Below are positions 1-8,293 of a stretch of 30,715 nucleotides of DNA, piece after piece. The position numbers were made by a program, and so were the translations under genes. Location of the stretch: the IMG/VR virus record IMGVR_UViG_3300005758_000066, positions 1 through 30,715 of that record, one strand, 5' to 3'. Source of the stretch: a virus. Its lineage: Duplodnaviria; Caudoviricetes. The notes below the pieces were generated by a model. The model was not told the DNA's origin and did no database searches. It was given only the letters and a program-made list of their open reading frames with translations. Each line of letters opens with the position of its first letter. Within the stretch, counting starts at the first letter, position 1.

Positions 1-2879
1 GAACCACTTGAACCACTTGAACCACTGGTTCCAGCAGAACCGCTAGTACCATTTGAGCCAGAAACACCACTTGAACCACTAGTTCCACTCGTACCGCCAG
101 ATCCAGAAGTTCCTGTTGAACCACTTGTTCCTGAAGATCCAGATGGTCCTTGAACACCTTCAATTTTACTAATTAATATTCTACTACCTGGATAATTTGT
201 ATCTACATTAATATCTTGAGTAGTAGAATCGTTATGCCAAACATAAATTTCTATATAATCATTATTCTCTAAACGCAATGTTGAACTAAAATTAGTTACA
301 GGAATATTATTATTCGCTGGTATACTATTATAAGAATATCTTCCTTGAAAAGAACTTAAATTACCATTTTTAACTATGAAAACAGCTCTTGAACTACCAG
401 CAGTACCACCAGATTCCCAACTTATATATCCATCAATATTTATTATAAATGATGAGCCTGATGTATTCGTAAATCTATCTGTACCATTAAATGTTAAACC
501 CGTTGTTCCTTGAGAATTTGCAGTGTCTGAAGTATTCCAATCTACTTTTGTATTTGTAGAAGAACTTATTGTTTGTATTGTATTGCTGTATCTTGCAATA
601 GTATTAGCTTCTGTTGGTGTTCCGCTTGTTCCACTTGATCCACTAGTTCCACTAGTTCCACTAGTTCCAGAAGTGCCACTTGAACCTGATGTTCCAGAAG
701 TTCCACTAACAGGTTCAATTACAATACCACGAAAAGTTAAAACATTTGCTGTAGTCGATGAAAGAGCAAATAATATTGGTTTAGAAATTTGTCCATTTGT
801 TGTAGGTTCAGTACCCGTGAAAGCTCCAGCAACTGTAGGAGATAGGAAATAAATTTTTCCAGGAGTCAAACCTGTTAATCCTGTTATTAAACCATCGTAA
901 ACCACATCAAATGTATTTGTTGTTGTTGATTGTACAACACCTACGACTTCAGCATTTGCCGCGCTATCTGCTTGTGCTAAATACCATGTTGTTCCATCAA
1001 ACCTTACAACATCTCCGATATTAAATGTATGTGAAGCTTGAGTAAAAGTATCTACTAAAGAAGTTCCTGTACCCCCTCCGGTAACTATTTGTCTTTTTAT
1101 TATGTTATCTTCAATTACTAAAGAATACAAACCTGTCGATACAGTCGTTGATGGCAATTCGGAAAAAACTAAATTATTAGAACCACTATAGTATAATGTA
1201 CTATTTGTTATGCTATCTTCACCATTAAATTTTGCCAAATAACCACTAGTCCCCGATCCTTCAATCAAATTTAAATCATAAACACCAGAAATAGTATTTA
1301 ATATCCCAGAAGATGTAAATAAAAACGCATCAGAATAATCTGTGTAAATATTTTGATTTACGATACCTCTTACTTCTACTCTATAATTATCTGCATTATT
1401 AAAAGGAATAAAATAATAAGGCTCAAAATCAGATACAACAATAGAAGTATTTGGAGATTGAAAATCAAATCTTTCAGCTATTAAAATACCAGATGCATTT
1501 TCAATATATTTTATACCAGATCCTGTTTCTATTATTGTGTTATAATAATAATCAGAAGTATATGAGCCAATTAATGTAGAATCATTACTATAAATTGTTC
1601 CTGAACCTGTTGATCCTGTATTATAAATTGAGAAATTATTAGTACCAGTATCAAAAAAATATGTTAAAAATAATTTCTTACTATTTAAAGATCCTGAAGG
1701 CAAAGTTATAGAAAATAAATCATCGATAACATCATCGGCATAAATTCCAGAAGGAAAAGAACCTTTACTGTCAACGATAATTGTATGCTCTTTCCATTGG
1801 ATACCGCTTGCTCCAGATGGACTAAAAATAGATTCAAAAGAATATCCAGAGTAAAATGGATTTATATTTTCCTGAATATTACTCAATAAATTTTCACCAG
1901 TCCCCTGAACAATGTAAGATATATTTTCAATTTTTGGAGAGTTTAAATAATATATATCTGATACATTTTTGTCTCCACTTCTTGTAACATGAATCTCATA
2001 ATCTAAAGGAATATTAGAAAAATTAGGAGACCATTTAACAAACAACCTTTTATCAAAAACTTTTAAATTTGAATCATAATCAATATAAACAGCACCAGTT
2101 AAATTAACAGGTTTAGCATCATATTGTGTTGCATCAATATTGTTTAATTTTATTTGACCAATTAAATATGATGATCCTGTATTGTAATAATCTTGAGAAG
2201 TTAAATTATAAAATAATTTATCTACACGATCATTATTAATAAAAATACTAGAGCCAACTTCTGACGTTACAGAATCATATTTTCTTGACCCATCAATATC
2301 AAAAGAACTTTCTAAAGTTATTGATTTTAAATACTCTTTTTCAGTTACTGAATAATTAACAAAAAGTCCATTAGATATTACAGGCGATACGCTAGAAAAA
2401 ACAGAAATCGGAAAAGATAATGCAAAAAACGCTTGAGATGTTTTACCATCTATTGTGTAAGATGTTATTTTAATTCTACAATCGCGCAAATAATTTTCAT
2501 CACCATAATATAAATTTGAAAAACCGTATAGTATTGATGTGTCAAAACTTATAAATGGATTTTTAAGATTTTCAGCGAGTCTATTAACAACGATATTATT
2601 TTTATCTAATAAATCAACATCAAAATATCCAAAATTTGAATCTTCAAATCTATATATTTCGTTATTTTTAGGATCCAATACTTGCCAAGAAAATGTTATA
2701 TTTGATGAATTTACTATAACTTTTGAACCTATTATTAAAGCATAATTAGGATAATCAGGATCAAAAGAAGGATCAAAACCATAATCTTGCTGATTAGTTA
2801 TATCAGTAGATGTTATACTGCAATTAAGATTAACTATCTTAAATGGCTTAGGACTTGATATTTGATCGTTTGTAAACAT
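1..2879 (-). CDS. Large tail fibre/tail-tip protein (partial, 3' end beyond the window): FN3/Ig-like N-terminal region, Gly-Ser/Thr collagen-like repeats and a C1q/TNF-like domain
   Basis: Not in the ORF track, consistent with its stop lying outside the window. ATG at 2879-2877 overlaps the J stop (TAATG). Segments translated by hand share one frame: MFTNDQISSPKPFKIVNLN...ITFSWQVLDP, KPVNLTGAVY...LFVKWSPNFSNIPLDYEIHVTR (FN3-like), HTFNIGDVVRFDGTTWYLAQADSAANAEVVGVV...GLTPGKIYFLSPT, (GTS/GSS)n, TKVDWNTSDT...IVKNG...LRLENNDYIEIYVW, (GSS/GTS)n to the window edge. At least 959 codons. Confidence 0.85.
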   Translation of the reverse strand, partial: MFTNDQISSPKPFKIVNLNCSITSTDITNQQDYGFDPSFDPDYPNYALIIGSKVIVNSSNITFSWQVLDPKNNEIYRFEDSNFGYFDVDLLDKNNIVVNRLAENLKNPFISFDTSILYGFSNLYYGDENYLRDCRIKITSYTIDGKTSQAFFALSFPISVFSSVSPVISNGLFVNYSVTEKEYLKSITLESSFDIDGSRKYDSVTSEVGSSIFINNDRVDKLFYNLTSQDYYNTGSSYLIGQIKLNNIDATQYDAKPVNLTGAVYIDYDSNLKVFDKRLFVKWSPNFSNIPLDYEIHVTRSGDKNVSDIYYLNSPKIENISYIVQGTGENLLSNIQENINPFYSGYSFESIFSPSGASGIQWKEHTIIVDSKGSFPSGIYADDVIDDLFSITLPSGSLNSKKLFLTYFFDTGTNNFSIYNTGSTGSGTIYSNDSTLIGSYTSDYYYNTIIETGSGIKYIENASGILIAERFDFQSPNTSIVVSDFEPYYFIPFNNADNYRVEVRGIVNQNIYTDYSDAFLFTSSGILNTISGVYDLNLIEGSGTSGYLAKFNGEDSITNSTLYYSGSNNLVFSELPSTTVSTGLYSLVIEDNIIKRQIVTGGGTGTSLVDTFTQASHTFNIGDVVRFDGTTWYLAQADSAANAEVVGVVQSTTTNTFDVVYDGLITGLTGLTPGKIYFLSPTVAGAFTGTEPTTNGQISKPILFALSSTTANVLTFRGIVIEPVSGTSGTSGSSGTSGTSGTSGTSGSSGTSGTPTEANTIARYSNTIQTISSSTNTKVDWNTSDTANSQGTTGLTFNGTDRFTNTSGSSFIINIDGYISWESGGTAGSSRAVFIVKNGNLSSFQGRYSYNSIPANNNIPVTNFSSTLRLENNDYIEIYVWHNDSTTQDINVDTNYPGSRILISKIEGVQGPSGSSGTSGSTGTSGSGGTSGTSGSSGVSGSNGTSGSAGTSGSSGSSG
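3..158 (-). repeat. Collagen-like Gly-X-Y repeat (Ser/Thr-rich), at least 17 triplets, truncated by the window edge
   Basis: Minus-strand translation GVQGPSGSSGTSGSTGTSGSGGTSGTSGSSGVSGSNGTSGSAGTSGSSGSSG. 9-bp periodicity in the DNA (gaaccactt). Confidence 0.9.
615..704 (-). repeat. Collagen-like Gly-X-Y repeat, about 10 triplets (GTS/GSS)
   Basis: Translation GTSGTSGSSGTSGTSGTSGTSGSSGTSGTP. Tandem ccactagtt units in the DNA. Confidence 0.9.
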
Positions 2880-5800
2880 TAGATGAATGAATCATTGGTT
2901 CCAAGTGGATATATTCTTAAAAACTCATTAGTATTTTGTTTATCAAATGAAGGTACAGCTATTGTATATATATTTTGATCGTTACTGTTAGCATGCCATT
3001 TAAATGAAACTTTTTTAGAGTTTAAAACATATTCTATCAACAATCCTTTAACTGCACTAGGATTGATGTCCAAATCATTAGAATATGTCAATATAGCTTC
3101 TAAAATCTTATTCACATTTATAGTATTTACACTAAATAAAGTTGATATTTGCGAATCACTGAAATCTATACCACTCATTATATAGTCATATTTTGTAGAA
3201 TATGAGAAATTGTTAGTCGATGAACAAATCAAACCATCACCAAAAACAATCTTTACTGTATCTGTCTGCTTACTTAAAAGGGCTGGAACGATATCTCTAG
3301 GTATTGTTACTAATTGATTATTAGATTCAGTAGAATAAATAGTATTTGCTGATAAATTATCTCTATTATCAACATAAGAAAATTTATTTTTTACATATTC
3401 AACCGCAGTTATGTCATACTCTACAGGGTTACTTTCTTTTATACCTAAAATTCTGTATTGTTGAAAAAATTCAGTAGTAGTATTAGTATTACTTTTTTCA
3501 TAAATCCATAATGTTGATGGACTTATTGAATAAGAATTTTCTAAAGCTTCATCACTTTCATCTGTTTTTAATGTTATTTTAGTTCTAAAGTTACCTTCTG
3601 AACCTACTGATAAAACTTTAAATGTGTATATATAAGTTGTCGATAAGTTAGATATTTGAGTGTCTGATATTGTGGTTTGCAATTGTGTTTTAGTTAAATC
3701 ATTTAATTCATCAACAGATATTGATTTCTTTGGTACTATAAAACTTATACTATCATTAACTTTTATAAAATCATATTTACTATCTAATATGATTTCATTA
3801 TTATCATTGACATCTACTACTCTTCCTCCATATCTTTTAGATAATTTTAAAGTATCACTAACATTAATTATATCGCCCGGATTTAACAACATAGCTTCTG
3901 GACCAGCTTGAAATGTTATCAAATCTTGCTCAATTTGATTTGTTACCAAAAACCATTCTCCAATTCTTTTAGCTTGAGATCTTGAAGTTATTCCAAATCC
4001 CAATAATTCTTTTTCAACGTAACCATATCTTTTAATATTTAATTTATCTTCTACATATACAGTTTTATCTTTGTATCCTTCAGAAGCGTCAGAATATACT
4101 ATTTTAACGACTGTATATCTTGTATCTTTAGATGAACCGGAATAAGAAAAAACACCATTTTTAACATTTGAATTATTAAAAAAATATGACGGTTCTTTAG
4201 GTCTATCATTATCTAATTTTAAATAATCATTTGACCAATAAATTAAACCTCTAAAAACTGATGCGAAGTTATTAATCAAATTTATTATGTCTGTTTCTGA
4301 ATTGATAAATAAATTAGATGTAAATCTTGGTTCTACAATATCTAAATAGCCATCGAACTTCTGCGCAGCACTTCCACTAGTTTTTACATATTCATTGATT
4401 TCATCTTTAGAAAACACTTCTTGACTCAAAATATAATTTTTAAAATTTGGAAGTGACTGTGAATTAACGTTTATTAATTCACTTAGTATCAAAGCTAATG
4501 CTTGATTCGATGTTTTAACAGCATCTTTCTTAGAGAGAACATAATCTCTCACTTCAGCAAATTCAGAGCAAACTTTATGCAAACCAAAATCATTAAATAA
4601 TTCAACAAAAACAGAACTTTTGTTAGAATTAAAATAAAAGCTTTTTATTCTTTTTCTATAACTTCTGATCACTGTTTCGGTTTGACCTGTTAGAGAAGTT
4701 GTATTAAATTTTAAATTTGTTAAACATAATAAACCACCAACTTGCAAAGATGCAGATGGAATATCAGTACCATTTAATGTAATCCAATTATTTCTTGAAT
4801 CCAATCCTAGAGCAGCAACATTTAACATTGGATATTTTGTATTATTAAAAGTTGGCACTAATTCATCGCAATATTTACCAATCTGATATATTGACCATTT
4901 ATCAACTAAACTTTCTGGTACATTAAATTTACCAACTCCATATCTATAATTTGTTACCAGATCATATAAAATCCATGCAGGATTATCAGTCCATCTTAAT
5001 TTAGCATCAAATTCACCACTCCAAAAACCATTATAAGTTTTAGCATCAGCATCATAATTTTCTGGAACTTTTATTTGTAATAATTTTAAATTAAAAGATC
5101 TAGAAGGTAATTGAGAAAAACCTCTTGCATCTAAGCTAATAGTATAATAAGCGGAACTCGGATATTTAAAATTATTATCTATAATTTCAGTTATCGATCC
5201 TATTCCTAAGTTGAGTTGCGTTTTTGTGTCCCTAATATCAGGAGCATTACTTAGATTATATATTTTAACAAAAGGTTGAGCAGCTTTATTAAAGTCTTTA
5301 ATATTTAAAACGATATCAAACTGATAGGGCGAACTAGCTATTCCATAAACTTTATGATAAATATAATAATTAAAATCAGGATTTTGTTTGAATCCTAATT
5401 GTATACCAAAATGAGCATAATTATTATCCATGTCACCTTCGTTTATTGTATACAATGTATTTATTTTTAGAGTAATTATAAGAAAATCTGTGTTTTCATC
5501 TTTGACTTGATGATAAACACCAAAACATTCTTCAAAAATAGAAGGGGTAAATATTCCATCAATATTGACAGAATAATTTATTTTATCCTTTGCATAATTT
5601 TCTATGCTTGATCCATTTTTTTTAGTTAAATATGTGTTATGAGTATAATAGTTTCCAACAAAAGGATCAGCAGATCCTTCGTTCAAGTGTTTCAAGATTT
5701 TATTAGCATTTAAATTATATAAAGCTTTATTATAATCATATGTAGTTCCAATACAATATGGCGAAAATAAGCCATCAGATTCACTTGCAATCGTAGATGA

Positions 5801-6256
5801 CATAGAACTCTGAAATTCAGACCCAACTTTGCCAAAAACATTTACTCTACTATAATTTAAGGTATTATTGACAGAATTTTTTACAGGATAATCATTAAGG
5901 TATAAACCTTTAAGATTTTCTTCATTATTTTGAGCATTATCAAATAATGTTAAATCATTACCTAAATCATCAAATAATCCAAAAATTGGACCTTCACATA
6001 TTAAATCGTGCAAAAAAATTCTTGAAGCAGATTGTAGTTTAAATTCTTTTTTATTAGAATTTATATTAGGACATAAAGTTCCTTTTGTCTGAAAATAATT
6101 TACGATTAAACCACCAGCTTGATTAACTTCGTAAAATGGTAAAATACTACTCGGATTATCATCTGTTGAAGAAGTTGAAGTGGAATTAGCAGCTATATTT
6201 TTTAATTTAGCTTGATTAATGCCATATTCTGTTAAAAGTGTTGAAGTTAAAGGCAT
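2879..6256 (-). CDS. Tail tip / central tail fibre (host-specificity) protein, lambda gpJ-like
   Basis: gpJ-family motifs: LICEGPI, YPSSAY..LDARGFSQLPSRSF, IKVPENYD...Y.G.W.G.F, WTDNPAWILYDLVTNYRYGVG, VDKWSIYQIGKYCDELVP, EPRF..N, F.YSGSSKDTRYT, FGITSRSQAKRIGEW, LNPGDII.V.D, GGRV, ITAVEY...KF. Lies directly after the L-K-I genes. Confidence 0.93.
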   Translation of the reverse strand: MPLTSTLLTEYGINQAKLKNIAANSTSTSSTDDNPSSILPFYEVNQAGGLIVNYFQTKGTLCPNINSNKKEFKLQSASRIFLHDLICEGPIFGLFDDLGNDLTLFDNAQNNEENLKGLYLNDYPVKNSVNNTLNYSRVNVFGKVGSEFQSSMSSTIASESDGLFSPYCIGTTYDYNKALYNLNANKILKHLNEGSADPFVGNYYTHNTYLTKKNGSSIENYAKDKINYSVNIDGIFTPSIFEECFGVYHQVKDENTDFLIITLKINTLYTINEGDMDNNYAHFGIQLGFKQNPDFNYYIYHKVYGIASSPYQFDIVLNIKDFNKAAQPFVKIYNLSNAPDIRDTKTQLNLGIGSITEIIDNNFKYPSSAYYTISLDARGFSQLPSRSFNLKLLQIKVPENYDADAKTYNGFWSGEFDAKLRWTDNPAWILYDLVTNYRYGVGKFNVPESLVDKWSIYQIGKYCDELVPTFNNTKYPMLNVAALGLDSRNNWITLNGTDIPSASLQVGGLLCLTNLKFNTTSLTGQTETVIRSYRKRIKSFYFNSNKSSVFVELFNDFGLHKVCSEFAEVRDYVLSKKDAVKTSNQALALILSELINVNSQSLPNFKNYILSQEVFSKDEINEYVKTSGSAAQKFDGYLDIVEPRFTSNLFINSETDIINLINNFASVFRGLIYWSNDYLKLDNDRPKEPSYFFNNSNVKNGVFSYSGSSKDTRYTVVKIVYSDASEGYKDKTVYVEDKLNIKRYGYVEKELLGFGITSRSQAKRIGEWFLVTNQIEQDLITFQAGPEAMLLNPGDIINVSDTLKLSKRYGGRVVDVNDNNEIILDSKYDFIKVNDSISFIVPKKSISVDELNDLTKTQLQTTISDTQISNLSTTYIYTFKVLSVGSEGNFRTKITLKTDESDEALENSYSISPSTLWIYEKSNTNTTTEFFQQYRILGIKESNPVEYDITAVEYVKNKFSYVDNRDNLSANTIYSTESNNQLVTIPRDIVPALLSKQTDTVKIVFGDGLICSSTNNFSYSTKYDYIMSGIDFSDSQISTLFSVNTINVNKILEAILTYSNDLDINPSAVKGLLIEYVLNSKKVSFKWHANSNDQNIYTIAVPSFDKQNTNEFLRIYPLGTNDSFI

Positions 6257-6261
6257 AATTT

Positions 6262-6912
6262 TTACCAGACTTTTTGCTGTATTGTTGGATTGTTACCTAC
6301 CCCACCAACGAAACCAATTGATGTACCTGCCGCATTCGCAGGATTCGTTGGTTCATAATCAAAATTTATTCCATAACTACTTACAACAGAACTAGCAACT
6401 CTTAGCTTACCATAACCTATAGGAATAGGTGTATTTCTAGCAGCTATATTAGTTTTACTACTTAATATAAAAGATGATGTTTTTACTTGTTTTGGATCTT
6501 TTGGAGCCAATAGCTTAGAAACTAAAAAGCTTATTCCAAAAGATAGTATTGAAATTAATAATACATTTACTGTAAATGCTATTGCTGCTGCTGATATACC
6601 AGTTGCAGCAGCGGCAGCTACAATTGATGCAGTAGTAGCTGTAACAAATGCACTAAAAACTTGAACTGGTATTAATTCAATCTTATTGCAATTTCTGATA
6701 TCATCATTAATTGTACTTAAATCTGTAATAATTTTATCATCAATTACTACCAAAATAGAATCAAATATATCACTATATCTTTTTAATTTATTACCTAATT
6801 TAGGAAAATTTACAATCAAACACTTTATAATATCATCAAAATTACTAGCTTTGACTGTTAAGCTTCCACATGCCAGCTTCTTCAAAATACCATGTAGTAA
6901 TAATTTTTTCAT
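6262..6912 (-). CDS. Tail assembly protein, lambda gpI-like (ubiquitin-like N-terminus, hydrophobic segment, PIPIGYG motif)
   Basis: MKKLLLHGIL...IELIPV Ubl-like N-terminus, Ala-rich/hydrophobic middle ending LLAPK, C-terminal NIAARNTPIPIGYGKLRVASSVVS. Sits between the K-like and J-like genes. Confidence 0.88.
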   Translation of the reverse strand: MKKLLLHGILKKLACGSLTVKASNFDDIIKCLIVNFPKLGNKLKRYSDIFDSILVVIDDKIITDLSTINDDIRNCNKIELIPVQVFSAFVTATTASIVAAAAATGISAAAIAFTVNVLLISILSFGISFLVSKLLAPKDPKQVKTSSFILSSKTNIAARNTPIPIGYGKLRVASSVVSSYGINFDYEPTNPANAAGTSIGFVGGVGNNPTIQQKVW

Positions 6913-7258
6913 TTTTAATATTTACACCAGAAAAGATGTTATATTTTAAACTATATATAATAATAGGAATATCGAAATTTTTAATAAAAAAGATATCATT
7001 TTCAGAAGGGTCTGCTGAAAAAAGATGGCTATGAAAAGTAAAACTTATATCATCTGGTTTGCATAAATGATTATAAAATATCTTATCTGGTACAAAATTA
7101 ATGAGATCTTTTCTTATAGATTCGCAAAAAATTATTTCAGAATAATTTTTTACTAAACCTCCTGATTCATAAGGATATTTATCTAAACAATAGTTTTTTA
7201 TTGCATTAAAAATATTAGACTGAATATTCAAAAGGTCTAGTTCCTGGAAATGCTCCAT
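6845..7258 (-). CDS. JAB/MPN (Mov34) metallopeptidase, lambda gpK-like, without NlpC/P60 domain
   Basis: YPYESGG (catalytic Glu) ... FHSHLFSADPSEND matches JAMM E-xn-HxH-x(6-7)-S-x2-D. Lies between L and I. Start uncertain: ATG 7276 (ORF track), ATG 7258 or TTG 7231. Confidence 0.85.
   Translation of the reverse strand: MEHFQELDLLNIQSNIFNAIKNYCLDKYPYESGGLVKNYSEIIFCESIRKDLINFVPDKIFYNHLCKPDDISFTFHSHLFSADPSENDIFFIKNFDIPIIIYSLKYNIFSGVNIKNEKIITTWYFEEAGMWKLNSQS
6919..6927 (-). promoter_or_regulatory. GTGTAAATA motif, putative phage late promoter element upstream of the gpI-like gene
   Basis: GTGTAA followed by 9 nt then ATG (6912). The same motif occurs at similar spacing before the TMP and the 16366 fibre gene. 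Confidence 0.45.
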
Positions 7259-8291
7259 AAGGCAATCCCTTTCCATGGTTTTGCCAACGTAATTTACAAG
7301 CTTTTAAATTTTTAGCGCAGCTATCTTTGACCCAATATTCTGGCGATAATTTTGGATCTTTTATTCCATCATTAGCACCACTATAAGTTTTAATACAAAC
7401 ATAAAAAGAATACGAAATACTATCTTCTGAAAATTGTGTTGATTGACCAAAGAAATCATAGTTTATTGAATCTATATATTTGACAAAATCACCAGCAGTA
7501 TAAGTTTCTACTCCTGGATTGTATACTCCTCTATTTTTTATTCGTGTTAAATTATATCCATATGGTGAATAAAATTCCTTATTATTTTCGTCAGCAATAG
7601 GAATACCTTCATTATTTCTATTATTCCATAAATCTACACTGTTTTCTAATATTGGTGTTGTATTATTGGCAACATAAAACTTTTGACCACCTACTGGATC
7701 CCAAGGTATTTTACCATAATTACAACCACAACCACGATACTTCCAGCTACATATATTGTCTGAAATTTTTCTATTTGGTAAACTTTGATTTTCCAAATCA
7801 ATAGGACTGCTAAGATCAAATTCAATATAAAATTTATTTTCCTGACTTTTTCTATTAATTATATAATTATCTTCGTAAAAAGTTTGACCATATCCTAGTA
7901 CAGCATTTCTTTTTTTTCTATATCCAAAAAAAGGATTTACTTGATCAGAAAAATTTGCATCATCTAAATTTCTAACGAAAACTTTTATACGTTTTAATTT
8001 AGAATTTATCAAATCATTTTTATTTTTTATATTATCAGTTATAAAACCATCTACATTTGCCACTCGCAGAGTTGGTCTATTTTGTTTACCATCTGCTGAA
8101 AATTCAAATCCACTAAAATCAACTGGCATAGGTATATAAGTGTTTCCTCTAAAAATAATACTATTAGTAAAATTTTTTCCCGCATGAAATCTGAATATAC
8201 CAGTTGTTTCATCGATATAAACCTCAAATAAATCGACAAAAGAATCAGGATTTAAGTTTATTAATGATGTTGATGAAATTATGTCAGACAT
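7215..8291 (-). CDS. Minor tail protein L (lambda gpL-like) with C-terminal Cys cluster
   Basis: LNP...VDLFE, FRFHAG, IIFRGNTYIPMPV..SGFE...GKQNRPTLRVANVDG, RNLDDANF, YIINRK..EN...IEFDLSSPIDLE...LP.R, CSWKYRGCGCNY ... DSCAKNLKACKLRW, LPYGAFPG. The Cys residues fit the Fe-S-binding C-terminus of gpL. Confidence 0.93.
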   Translation of the reverse strand: MSDIISSTSLINLNPDSFVDLFEVYIDETTGIFRFHAGKNFTNSIIFRGNTYIPMPVDFSGFEFSADGKQNRPTLRVANVDGFITDNIKNKNDLINSKLKRIKVFVRNLDDANFSDQVNPFFGYRKKRNAVLGYGQTFYEDNYIINRKSQENKFYIEFDLSSPIDLENQSLPNRKISDNICSWKYRGCGCNYGKIPWDPVGGQKFYVANNTTPILENSVDLWNNRNNEGIPIADENNKEFYSPYGYNLTRIKNRGVYNPGVETYTAGDFVKYIDSINYDFFGQSTQFSEDSISYSFYVCIKTYSGANDGIKDPKLSPEYWVKDSCAKNLKACKLRWQNHGKGLPYGAFPGTRPFEYSV

Positions 8292-8293
8292 AA

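Noticed and set aside
523-852. 109-aa plus-strand ORF with VPLVPL repeats
   Set aside because: Antisense shadow of the GTS/GSS collagen-like tract in the minus-strand fibre gene.
4334-4852. Intein in gpJ or in the TMP
   Set aside because: No C/S-start with HN-[CST] end and no LAGLIDADG blocks at the insert boundaries.
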